The translations under genes and the position numbers were made by a program. Positions 10,806-22,778 of a DNA stretch of 64,000 nt are shown here, one piece after another. The number at the start of each line of letters is the position of its first letter. Position 1 is the stretch's first letter. Source of the stretch: Marsupella aquatica. Lineage: Eukaryota > Plantae > Marchantiophyta. The notes below the pieces were generated by a model. The model had not been told where the DNA came from, searched no databases, and saw only the letters and a list, made by a program, of their open reading frames with translations. The stretch lies in contig OZ316899.1 of NCBI GenBank assembly GCA_973895155.1, positions 11,125,135 through 11,189,134 on the forward strand. The letters are read 5' to 3'.

Positions 10806-13800
10806 TGTCACGTCGTCAGCCTTGGCCTTACTCCGGGCTTCGGCTTAAACAGGCACACCCCTTGTCAAAATGAGGGTTCGGGCAGGGAGGGAGGCACGGA
10901 ATGCACCCAACTTACGTAAAATAGCGCTAAGTGCGCCTATTGTCATATACGGACACCTCCTAGGTATGGTTTGTGTTCCGCTGTTGGAACGTACCTCAAT
11001 TGATAGCAGGATCGACCCTAGCTTAAGGGCTTCTAAGCCTTCGTATTGTCCGCCTTCGATCCGGATTTTGATGATATGGGTGCTCAACCCGGGCTTGCAA
11101 CCACGTACACGCAAGCTGCACCCCGTGCACTACTTGGGTAGTGCGTTCGGCCAAGCGTTGGCACCTATACACGAGATTCACACACATACATACGCACAAG
11201 CATAAAATCTCGATTTACACGAAGGAAATAACGGGAAGGGATTTTACTCCATACGCGTACACTTAGTTGACCCGAATGCTCTAGAGTGAACAGGTCCGAG
11301 GCCGAGGGTGTACACTACAACGGAGCCCGGCTCCGCACTCGCCCAGCGAGCTTAGTCTTACACCCTCCCCTTGGTACTCTTTCACTCCTAGAGGTCGGGA
11401 CTCCCCGCACATACCGCGGATGTCCAACACTGAGACTAAAAAACCCCCCTGCCTCTACCGAGGGGTGCACTAAATACTAAGGGCCGAGGAACGGAGTGTC
11501 CTCCCGCCCGAAGATTTGCTGACTTAGGTCCTAACTAATCTGACTGTCAGGCCGCAAAACGGTTGTCTTATTAGAAGATCCTAACCTACGCAGGCTGGAC
11601 AGCATGGCGGTGCTGCTCTAACTAGGGCAGGTTCCTGTCCCCATAGCCTGATTTAGCTATTCCTAACCCTATTCTATTCCTACTCCGCCGCTAATGCCTG
11701 GCACGCTTGCCAGAGCTGCCCGAGTGGGAGCGGCCATCCCGCTGCTTACGAAGTCTGTCGTTGTCCGCCTTGAGGAGCTGGACCTGGTCTAGCAGAGATT
11801 CATTCTCTTGCTTTGTCGCGTCCGTCTCCTCCGCTGCCTCCTGGCATGCCTCCTCCAGCTGTTGGGCGTCGCTCGTCAGCTTGCCCACCGCCTGGTCCTG
11901 CTTCTCGGCTTTGGTTTGGAGCCGCGCTACTTCAGCCTGTAGCGTGGCTATCTCCGCAGTGTCTCGCTGGGCCCGTTCTTCGGCCTCCTCCAGGTCTTTC
12001 TGCCAGATGACAGCTTGATTCTTCAAACTGTCAATCTGGTTCCGGAGTCGTGCAATCTCGGCCTCGTTCCCAGCTTTGGTCTGTTTGGCTAGGGCGGTAA
12101 GGGCGTGCGCCTTTGCTAACAACTCATCGGCGGCTGCAACTTTGGGTCGTAGTTGCAGAAGCTCAGCCTCTTGAGCCGCAACTTTGTTCTTTAAGTATAC
12201 GGACTCCACCCGGTACCGCTCTATCCTCTGAAGGGCCTCTGACTGGGCCCGACCTGCCTTTACTACGGCAACCAACTCCTGATTGAAGAAACAGGCTACC
12301 TTCCGGGCCATGAACTCCCCGGTATCCCGGGAAATTTGATGAGAGAAATCTCCCAGAAGCCCGTTCAGAAATGTACCGGTACGAAGAGTTCCGGGTTGTG
12401 CCTGTCCGGATTTGGGCACGGGCAGACGTCAACACGCGCGGGGGCCGGGGCAGTGACATCCAGCCCTGGAGACGTAGTGTTGGAAGGGGTTGGAGTGTCC
12501 TCCTCCAGCAATGTCCGGTCCTCCGGAATAGCCACCGGTGGGTCTTCGGGAGACCCGGGCTCGAGTAAGGCCTCCGCTGTCCTGATTTTTGTACTTGGCC
12601 CGGCCTGGTTGATCGCATCTACGGTTGCGATTACCAACCCATCTGGTACCTCATCGGCCACGGCTACAGCTACTTGTGGAGGTGGGGTGGGTGAAGCCTG
12701 CGTGGCCGCTGGACTTCGGGCCTTGGGTTGGGGCCGTCTCTCCAAGGCCTGGAAAACCCACCTAGCTGGGACCAGCTTTGTTACGTTGACATGGGGAAGG
12801 GTTCGTCGATCAAACCGAGCATACCACTCAAGAATGATCTCGATGTGGCTAGCAAAATATGCCTTCCCGCCAATGTATAGCGTCTTTCTTCGCCACTCCA
12901 TCTCTTCATGGAATTTCTTAGCGAAGTACGACGCCCACTTCCTAGGTCGATAGTTCTCGACCTGGATAACCTAGGCAGCGGAGATCTCCCCCCGGGGTTC
13001 CATCATGTGGAGGGCGTACCTTTGGAACTCCAGTCGCTCAGCTATCTCGGGGATGAGGCAGGTCCTCATCATGAACCCGTTGTCCACTGATCCCTCGGAG
13101 GGAAAACTCGAGGATTGGTACTTGGCTCCCTTGCCCCCGGGAGCCCGTGATTTGACTCGGTGGTCACCTTTGGGTAACCCAAAGATCATCTTGAGCCGTT
13201 CTTCCGTGAGGGACATATTCCTTCCCCGCAGCCGAGTATGTTGACGTGCGTCATCATAATTCTTGACGAATTCCGTCATGTCCTCCCCGTAGTACTTGCA
13301 AGTGTTCCAGGGGAGAGAGGCGAGGTGCTCGAATCCCTGAGTTTTCAGGTACACCGCATGTTTGGGATGGAGGATGTTTTTATGCACGTTTTCCCCCATG
13401 CGGTGCATTGTCACCTTGGCCGCGGCTACCGTGGCCATTGGTAACCCGGATGCAGCAGCGGGTTCCTTCCTCTTCTTCCCCCGTGACTGGCTCGGGGAGG
13501 GTGACACCTCCCCATCCTCTCGATCGGGGATAGGTAGTGCTACCGCCGTTAGTATTGGGCCCGGGGCGGCCACGGTCACTATGTTATCTGCTGGAGCCGT
13601 TCCTTGGGTCCGGATATGGGGAGGGGATGATGTAGTGTCGGCCCCCTGAGTGTTCACTCCTCTGGGCCGCCTGAGCAAGGGTGGGGTAGCCTCGTCGTTG
13701 TCGCTAAGGTCCACAGCGTTGATAACGGAGCGTACTTGTACTGGCGGGGCGATCAGCGGTGGGGGTTGGCTAGGCTGAGGCTGAGACTGAGCCTGAGCCT

Positions 13801-14782
13801 GAGTCTGCGTTGGCGCGGGTACGGGTATGGGGTCGACTGGGCCGGCGCCGGCGGTTGAGGGTCTAGTTCCCATGAAGCTCTGTAGGTGCTGGTAGAAGTT
13901 CTCCAAAACAAGTGCAGACGGCCTTGTCGAACGGGTAGTGTTGGACTTGCTGTTGATGATAGCCCGAACCTGAGCAGGGATGTGGTCGAAGTGATGCCGT
14001 TGCAAGTCGATCATACCCGGGATATTGAAGACCTTGTCCGGAAGCCGAAGCAATGCTTCCCAAAAACCGATATATTTGTCTCCATTGAAGAAGTACCCTG
14101 ATACCTCTGCTAGTCGGTAAAGCTCGCTCTGAGATGGGTAGTCAAATTTAAGGATATAGTGGTGTCGTCCTGCTAGGCGGATGGCTCTCTCGTACTCGCG
14201 TTTGATTTTGTATTGGCGCGGGTTGGCGTGTTTCAATGAGTCGGCCAAGTGTCTTTCGGTAGATAGGAACTGCATCCAGAATCGAATGGCCAAACTGGAG
14301 AGGATCGTGTGCGACATTCAGAGGAGATAGCAGTGGCGACTAAGAGAAAATGAGAGAGCTGGGGTCAAAACTGGCGTGTGGACTGATGGACTAGTGCACT
14401 ACAAAGGGTCGGCTCCCCTTTTATACCTTGAGGGCTCGTTGATCACCCAACGTCTCCTCGTTGCTTATAGGCTAAACCGTTCACGCTTGTAGTGTACCGG
14501 CCACTCCGCCGGTATGAGTCAGCGCGTGTCAGTGGCCGCTTCCCTAAGTTTGTTATACGGACCCAAGGGAGGGGCCCCTCCACGCTCGCAACCCAAGCGT
14601 GCGAATGGCGACACGCCGCCAGTCCGAACATGAATTCCCCTTATTGACTAATGATTTCCTACTCATAATGGTTACCTAAATACTGTTGTTATGCTAATAA
14701 TAGCGGCCTAAGATACCCCTAACGCGCGTGCTGCGCGGTTTAGACCAAATTACTCATTACTCACCGTACCGGCGGCGTCACA
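10806..14782 (-). mobile_element. 3,977-bp solo-LTR-like insertion containing a gene
   Basis: TGTCACGTCGTC...GGCGGCGTCACA imperfect inverted ends; 5-bp TSD CTGTG (10801-10805, 14783-14787); splits the host reading frame. Confidence 0.9.
11691..14317 (-). pseudogene. LTR-embedded gene, ~870 aa: Pro-rich region, plant transposon-protein-like domain, C-terminal coiled coil
   Basis: ORFs 12971-14317 and 12365-12901 share a frame (single TAG), then frameshift to 11691-12419; motif GFEHLASLPW...EFVKNY...RGRNMSLTEERLKMIFGLP; TATAAAA on minus strand at 14419-14425. Confidence 0.7.
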
Positions 14783-17700
14783 CTGTGCATCCACTGAAGA
14801 AGGACAAATGGTCAACATGGGGAATTTTGCTCTATGAGGGGAACTTGCGCCTTTGTGTAACAAATTCGCAATCAAGAGTTTTGGTCATAGCAGACCATCG
14901 GATAACTGGAAGCCTCTACAAGAGAAATTTTGGTATTGATGACTTCTATGAAGCGCTCTGCCTTCTACTGGAATCTGACAACAGCAAGTCAAAAGTTGCA
15001 ATCTGCATGCGCCAAAAAGAGTACGACTTGTTTGATCAAAAAGCAGTTGAAGGGGAGCTTGTGACAATTAAGAAATATGCAAGTGCTGTGAATGAGGTGC
15101 AAGTAATTCACACATTGTCGGAGGAAGTTTTTGGAGGAGATATTTCAAGCTATATCAACAAGGTGCTTGAGTGGGGCCAGGCACCTTATGATAGAATGTT
15201 CTCCGTCGGAAGGAAAGGGGAGATTACACCAGGGAATCTACCAGAGGAGCTCAATGATGAGAATGCAAAGGAATTGTTCAACACTCTACTCAGTGAATAC
15301 AGAGACCTTGCTCTCTTTGAACAGGAGACTTTCACTGTTTCGACATTGAGATGTAAAATAGCACCAAATGATTACAAGTGCAGAGGATTCGATCAAAAGT
15401 ATTGTGAGTCATTGAAGGGATCGCTCCTGGGACACTCAGCAATTGCGTTAGAAAAGAAACTGGTGTATCTGGTGCCGATCAAGTGGGATCCAAAGGCAGC
15501 AGAACTGAGTTCGAAGTACGAAGGGGATCCTTTTCCCGAGAAGCCATCTCGAAGTGAGATGGATAAGTGCTACTTCTGGATTATTGGAGGCCAACACACA
15601 ATTGAAGCTTACAAAATGATTATCGCAGACAAAAAGCTTGAGCTCAGTCGAAAAGAGCCTTTGATGGACGTGAAAGCAAAACTCTTATGGACTCCGTCCA
15701 ATGTGGAGGGGAGAACAAAGGTCATGGGATTATCCCAGACATTGAATAACATGAACAAGACATCAATGAGGGACAGTCAATTTCTTGTAATGGCTGCACA
15801 AGTCCGCTCACTTTGGATTTTGTTTGGGCGCCCTCCGCAAGCAAAAGGGACTTCATCTCATCCAATGTGGAAGGTAAATCTTCATCCACGGTACAACGTT
15901 CCACAATAGAGGTTTAAATTAAAGTTATCATCTCGAGAATCTCTAATTAGTTTCCTCTAAATTGTTTGCAGCCTTTCTATAATGCAGCAAGAATTGTGTT
16001 CCCAAACGCTGTTGTGGAGAGAAAGCAAATTCGATTTGTACAGATGGCTCCATTTCTCTTCAAAATGTCAGATAAGACATTTGCAAAGGTAATGAAGGTT
16101 CATGAATTATCACAGGAAGGCAAGCTTATCCACTCTAACCGTCAGCATCAGCATAATGCAAAGACATACGTCGATCGCACAACATGGAACCTGAAGACAC
16201 GGTTCTTCACCCCCCTCCAAGGGCTGGATGATACAGACTTGTACAAACTTTTCTCCTATTTGCAGAAAAGAGAGAAAATCTCTCTCTTCAGAGACAAGAA
16301 AAAAGATAAATCATACATTGAGGAGCTCTCGAAAGGATGGAAGTCGGTGGAAGAGTTTTGTCTTGCAAAGAAGTGCAAAAAGATCTTTGAATCAATCTTG
16401 TTGACAGTTTTCACAAGAAAGAGTGATATAAACAATTTCAAACGGCTTAACAAATTAGAAAGGAAAAAGCTTTTTGAAAGAATAAAAACATTTTTCCATC
16501 TTGATAGTGAGAAGCTAGGATTGTTACGAGAAGCCGTCAGTGAGAAAATCTTGAAAATGGGGTTGAACAAGAGCTGCGACTGGAAAGAGCTTTGGAAGAA
16601 GGTTCCTGTGTCATTTACAAATCTTGTTCATGCAATCTCAAGGTCTGTTGATAAAGAGGGTAATCTAAGGGCGGTCGAGAAAAATGATCTCTTCAGTTTG
16701 AAATCCAATGTTGGATTTGGGACTGAACTATTCTTTGAGAGAATAGTTTAGGACACTGTTCGATGTGTTGACTTCTTTTTCTTTGACACCAAATTTAGTC
16801 AAGAGTACGGTCCATTTGACCGAGAGTTCTACAACAGATTTTTCAGGGCAACAAGACAAATGGGAAGGCCTAGACACAAAATAGTGTTGATCATGAGGCC
16901 CCTAGATGTGATGGAGATGATGAGCGGATTGCTACTAATCCCAGGATACATAACTCTGCAGGCTCAGTATGTGAAGAAAAAATCAGAGAAGCAAGATAAG
17001 ATAGGGCTATTTGGGAAAAGTGATGAATTGACCCAGTGTGTGCAGTATGTATTCTTTCACGAGGAGTTTGAGAAATGTAAGAATCCAGGTGAGAAAGAGG
17101 ATATTCTAATGAGTAGAATGTCAGGAAGCATCACAAATTTTGAAGAGAGCGGAGATGAGGAGAACCAGGAGGAAGAGAAGAGCAAGAGCTTCTACAAGAG
17201 TGTTACAAAACTCCTTGTTACACCGGAAGACTCAACAATAATCTTTGGTGAAGGGCGGAGGTTCCTTCAATGCATACTGGTAAAATTCAATCCCTGCAAT
17301 CATCTTTGTGACATGCCTAATCTTGCTAGGATTCATCCTTGATTTCATCCATCTCTAACTTTAATTGTTTTTGGATGCAGGAATGTGGAGCACCAGTACG
17401 AAGCTACTGCTCAGAAAGCAGCCACAAGGCTACTCTAAGTTATTTCAGCACACTATTTCCACGGGTGGAAATTGGTCAAAAACGGTGTCCGGACCGTGAA
17501 TCTTTTGAGAATATATTGAGAAGAAAAATCAGCAGAGGGAAGACAGCGCATGAAATTCGAGATGATGTTTCTGACACATTGAAAGAGACCTATAAGCTTG
17601 ACGACGAACAAATTTTGATAGTTCTCTCTGAGTATAGTTTGTCAGTGACAACCGATCAATTGGACCAGCCCACACCTTACAAACTTCCTCCGCTTCTTCC

Positions 17701-18259
17701 GACTCGACTACTAAGAGGTAACAAACAACATATTTTCCACAATTTTTGGTATTCAATAAGATTTATTTTTCTTGGGACTATCTGTTGCGGCAGGCCTTGT
17801 CATAAACACAGAGGTTGCAATAGACATTTATTTCTCAGCTTAACTTCTCTCTTTCTCATTATCTCTCCAGGGAAAGATTCCAACAAAATAAAATTGGGTT
17901 TTCAAGATGAGGATAGTGACTCAGAAGAGTGGATGCGACCAGGGAAAAGCAAACCAAAAGCCAGCAAAGCAACAAAGACAGACTCGGAGGAAGAATCCGA
18001 CCAACAAAAACAAAAGGAGAAAAAGGGAAAAGAAAAGGTGGTTGATGAGAAGTCCTCTTCCGAGGACATGGATGGTGATGTTGGAGACAGTTTGGATGGA
18101 GAAGTTGGAGATGACGACGGAAATTCAGACAGTGGTGCAAGCAGACAGAAATCGAGATAGAAATGGGGCGAGCAAAGACAAAAAGAGAGACACGACCGAA
18201 AGGAGAAAAGCCAGAGAAGAAGAAAACAAGAAGTAGGAACAAGTAGTGAGAAGGAAAAC

Positions 18260-19700
18260 TTGGAGGAGGATGCGGGGGAGGATGAGGACCAAGAAGAGGA
18301 CAATCGAGAAGATGAGGGGAACAATGAAGAAACTGATGAGACCAATACTGAGGAGGAAAATGCAGAGGATAAAGAAGATGAAGAGGGTGACGAGAGGGAA
18401 GACGAGGAGAACAAGGATGGAAAGGACAATGGAGAAAACCAAGACAACCATCAGGATGAAGGAAATGAGGAGGGGAATCAAAAGGATGAAGGAAATGGGA
18501 AGACAAGTAAGGACGAGGAAAAGGCAGAGGAGGAGGGAAAGGAGGAGGAGCGGAAAGAGGAGGAGGAGGAACACCGGCAAGAGGAGGAACACCGGAAAGA
18601 GGAGGAGAAAATTGAGGAGGAGCGGCGGAAAGAGGAGGAGCGGATAGAGGTCGAGAGAAAAGAGGAGGAGCATAAGAAAGAGGAGGAACACCAAAGAGAG
18701 GAGGAACACCGGAGAGAGGAGGAGAACCGGAAATTGGAGAAGGACCAAAAAGAGGAGGAGCAAACCCGGGAGCAAAAAGAGGAGGCAAAGAAAGAGGAGC
18801 AACGACGGAAAGAGGAGGAGCGGATAGAGGATGGGAGAAAAGAGGAGGAGCGGCTGAAAAAAGAGGAGCATAAGGAAGAGGAGAAACGACGGAAAGAGGA
18901 GGAGCAGATAGAGGATGGGAGAAAAGAGGAGGAGCGGCTGAAAAAAGAGGAGCATAAGAAAGGGGAGGAGTGGAAAGAGGAGGAACAACAAAAAGAGGAG
19001 GAGGACCAAAAAGAGGAGCAGCAAACCCGGGAGCAAAAAGAGGAGGAGAAGAAAGGGGAGCAACGACGGAAAGAGGAGGAGCGGATACAGGATGGGAGAA
19101 AAGAGGAGGAGCGGCTGAAAAAAGAGGAGCATAAGGAAGAGGAGAAACGACGGAAAGAGGAGGAGCGGATAGAGGATGGGAGAAAAGAGGAGGAGCGGCT
19201 GAAAAAAGAGGAGCATAAGAAAGGGGAGGAGTGGAAAGAGGAGGAACAACCAAAAGAGGAGGAGGACCAAAAAGAGGAGCAGCAAACCCGAGAGCAAAAA
19301 GAGGAGGAGAAGAAAGAGGCCGAGCGACAGAAAGAGGAGGAGCAAAAAGTGAAGGAGAGGCGGAAAGAGGTGGAGCTGCAGCGTAAAGAGGAGGGAGAGC
19401 GTAAGATGGAAGAAGAAGAAGAGTTCAAGCAAAAAGAAAAGGACGCAAAGGACAGAGAAGAGACGGAGAAAAAAGCAGAGGATAATGAAAGGAAGTGGAA
19501 AGAGGGAGAGGACAAGGCAAAACAAAAGGAGCTCAAGGAAAGAGAACAAGAAGAGAGAGAAGACATGAAGAGAAAACATCAAAACGAGAAAAAGGGAAAG
19601 GGAAGAGCGACCAGGCAGCGGAAAGAGAGAGAGGACAAGGATCCCAAGGAAAATAAAGAGCAAACGGGAGAGCAACACAACAAGGAGCAGAGTCACTTAA
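18260..19700 (+). repeat. Coding low-complexity E/K/R repeat with ~261-bp higher-order period
   Basis: CAAACCCG.GAGCAAAAAGAGG at 18761, 19022, 19283; EEERRKEEER-type translation. Confidence 0.9.
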
Positions 19701-20973
19701 AGGGAGTCAAGATGGAAAGAAACTTTGCAGATGGAAGGTTTGTGGATGGTCTAGAGAATGAATTGGGTGAGGACTTTCCAACAATTGACTCTGCATCTGA
19801 TGAGCAGTTTGTCGACACTTTAAGTGAACTTTGACCCCCATTTGGTGAAAGAGAACTTACTGAAGGGAAATTAAAGAAGAAGCTATTGTTTGATGATAAG
19901 TCTCTGATTTCAACACAGTACATGGATACAGCTTCACGGAACAGTGTTCCGCAACATATGCACTCCAAGCTAGAACCAACACTACCAAAGCTGGAGAAGC
20001 TCTCTGCAACTGAGTTGATGACAATAAATTCTCAATCTGAGACTTCTGCATCTCGGATTCCAAAGGTATGTCCCCTATATTGTTTGAGAGTTGGGGATAA
20101 GTTCAAGAAGTATATGGCCGAGATCTCAGTTTAGGGTGGAAGTTATTCTGAAAAGTAATTGCATCCTTGCAGATCATGGAAATGGATCTTGAGAAAAATA
20201 GCAAGAGCACTGTAGACTTATGTTTGAGTCCAAGCCTGGACGACAATGAAGTTTTGACAACGATTGAAGGTGTCAGTATTTCTCAAAAAGTAATGAGATG
20301 CCTCCGCCCCGGAGAGTGGCTAAGTTCAGAAATTGTGAACGCCTATCTTAGTCTATTGAAAGAGAGAGATATAGATGTCCGAAAAAACCACTTTTTCAAT
20401 ACGTGGTTCTATACAAAATTGGCTGGTAATGGCTATTCATATTGTCGATGGTCAAGGAAAGCAGGTTATAACATTTTTGATTGTAGTAAACTCTTTGTCC
20501 CAATTCACCATGAAGCTCATTGGACCCTAGCAGTAATTGATATACAAAACAAAACTCTAACTTACCTTGATTCAAACCTTAGGAGAAGGCCTGAAGTTTT
20601 GGAGAACTTAGCACGATACATTGCTGATGAAGCAGTTACTCTTCAATTGCGTCCAATAGATATTGACAAATGGGCTTGATTATATCCAAAAGATATCCCA
20701 AAGCAAAATGATTGGCATAGTTGCGGGATGTTCTTGATTATGTTTGTAGATTGCATAAGTTTAGGAAAGCCATTTAGGTACAACTGGAGTAATCAAGTTG
20801 CAAGTAGACGTGAAGTTGTTCTGCACCTATTAAGGAAACGTTGTCCAACGTTGTGATGTTTATACTTTGTACATCCAAAGTGATTCCAAATAAATTGAAT
20901 CTGAAAATTTATGACTCCCTTTTTGGTCGTATTGGAACAATGATTAATAAACATGTTTATTTCCCTTTGACAG

Positions 20974-21670
20974 GTGGTGCATGTCTTGAAGCCAAAGAGA
21001 TTGCTTGTTATGGATGTTCCTGGATTTCTTCTCTCCAGTGCCCCATCCTCTATGACTGACATCTCGTCAAGGGGTGAAAATATGACACTAATTCCAAGGC
21101 CATACTTGCACAAGTTTCTGGCATTTTGTTTCAAATTCTTTGACGTTGCCATTTGGTCTTGTTTGAAAACACGAGACCTTGTGGACCGGTTGGCTCTTGT
21201 GTTGAGTAAGGAAAAGAGAAAATCAGTCAAATTTGTCTTCGGCCATGAGCGCTTGCAGCGGATTGGTTTTGACAAAAAAACAGAAATTATGTATGCAAAA
21301 TTTCTGAAGTATGTTTTCATCCGAATGCCAAACAAAATTGGAGAAAATATTACTCTTTTAGATGAATCCCCGAGAAATTACCTTTTGCAATCCCTTTTTC
21401 TCGTCGTGATACCCACCTTCATATACAGGCAATGATAATGACTCCTTTTTGGAAGATAGACTTATTCCATTTCTCTCACTACTTTACAAGTCAAAAGGTA
21501 CCTCATGTGAATATATTGAGAGTAACTATCCGGATTGGTCAAAAAACACGTTAGTTCAAGATTGGCAGACAAATGCAGAGACCTGGGGTTCTTGATATAT
21601 TCAAGAGAACGGAGACAAGGATCATTTGGATAAATTTAGGGAGTATGACAACAACTTGCATCGGGACTAG
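20974..21670 (+). pseudogene. FCP1/NIF (HAD-family CTD-phosphatase-like) ORF, degenerate active site
   Basis: KPKRLLVMDVPGFLL...PRPYLHKFLAFCFKFFDVAIWS...LLDESP; splice acceptor TTTGACAG at 20973. Confidence 0.65.
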
Positions 21671-22204
21671 CACAATATAAAAGATGTTAGTTGTAGACTA
21701 GATTTTAAGTTGTAAAATATTCTTTTGTGTAGGTAGACATAAAACCACTACCACAAAAGTAGTACCGTTTGTTTTTGAATTGAGAAAGGTTTTATTATGT
21801 AGGATATTCCTGCCTAGCTATTACCTTTTCAAGACGGTGTGTTCCATGGGATTCTTGACGGACTTGATAATTTATGATTGTTTCCTTCCAGTTGGTCTTG
21901 ACTGTACATTGTGCACAAATCGGAGTATTAGTTTGGAAATAAAAATACTCTTTCTCACTGTAAAGTCAAGTGTTAGTGTCACCCTAAAGTGCTCTTTGCT
22001 ACCAAAGTCATGACTTGATTATAATTTTGAATGGAATTTTGCTTACTTTTTTCATTTTGAATGCGTCTTTTTATTAATATATTAATAAAATAAATAAATA
22101 AAATGTACATTTGGGAATATCTGGAAATGCAAAATTGCACTATTGTCCAAATGGGTGTTGCATGGAATTAGTCATGATCTTATTGTCAAGGAGGACGTCA
22201 TAGT

Positions 22205-22685
22205 TCAGCAGGGTTTAGGGTTCAGGGTTTTCCCCAAACCCTTACCTTCTTTGTCATGGCTCCCTCCCCTGGCCATGCAAATACAAAGGGATGAACTCCG
22301 ATCCCGCCATTCTCAAAATGTCAACTCATGATCACGACACCCCACATAGTGCGACGATCTCATCGCAAGCCCTGATGGCATCAAACTTGCGCACCACTCA
22401 GCCTTCCCTCTTGGTGGTTAGGGTTTAGGGTTTTCCCTAAACCCTTACCTTCTTCGTCGTGGCTCTCTGCCCCAACCATGCAAACACAAAGGGATGAACT
22501 CCGATCCTGCTTCTCTCAAAATGTCAACTCATGATCACAACACCCCACATAGTATTGTGATCTCATCACGAGCCCTGATGGCATCAAACCCGTGCACCAT
22601 TCACCTTGCTAGTATCCATCCTCTGGATCCCAAATCAACCCTTCCTTTGTTCATAGTGGCTCCCTCCCTCCCAGGGCCATGCAAA
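22205..22685. repeat. ~200-bp duplication with telo-box-like GGGTTTAGGG/AAACCCT motifs
   Basis: AAACCCTTACCTTCTT at ~22236 and ~22439; partial third copy at ~22637. Confidence 0.75.
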
Positions 22686-22778
22686 TCTTGTTACCGTAAA
22701 TCAATCAATCAAACAAGAACTATCAAGAAGTATAATGCCATTTTGCAACGGTACTGTTTTTGCAGTTGTTGTCATTGA

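Larger units (their letters stand above)
10646..20856 (+). pseudogene. Large spliced transposon-accessory gene: ParB/Srx-like domain, degenerate beta-class N4/N6 DNA-MTase-like domain, acidic + ER/K repeat, Ulp1 (C48) SUMO protease; interrupted by the 10806-14782 insertion
   Basis: ATG 10646 (MAPTTKTGSKRKR); frame resumes at 14783; frame-preserving GT-AG introns 15874-15971, 17280-17380, 17718-17870, 20066-20172; motifs FWIIGGQHTIEA, VDFFFFDTKF...TPEDSTIIFGEG, and PIHHEAHW..D..YLDS..PKQNDWHSCG. Confidence 0.75.

Noticed and set aside
14728-14782. Annotated start of the 393-aa ORF
   Set aside because: The first 18 codons come from the inserted element; the true N-terminus is at 10646
17859-19696. 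Long minus-strand Leu/Phe-, Ser- and Pro-rich ORFs
   Set aside because: Antisense shadows of the purine-rich E/K/R coding repeat
21700-22200. Right terminus of the element carrying the 10.6-kb gene
   Set aside because: No TIR, TSD or Helitron hairpin/CTRR end could be identified with confidence
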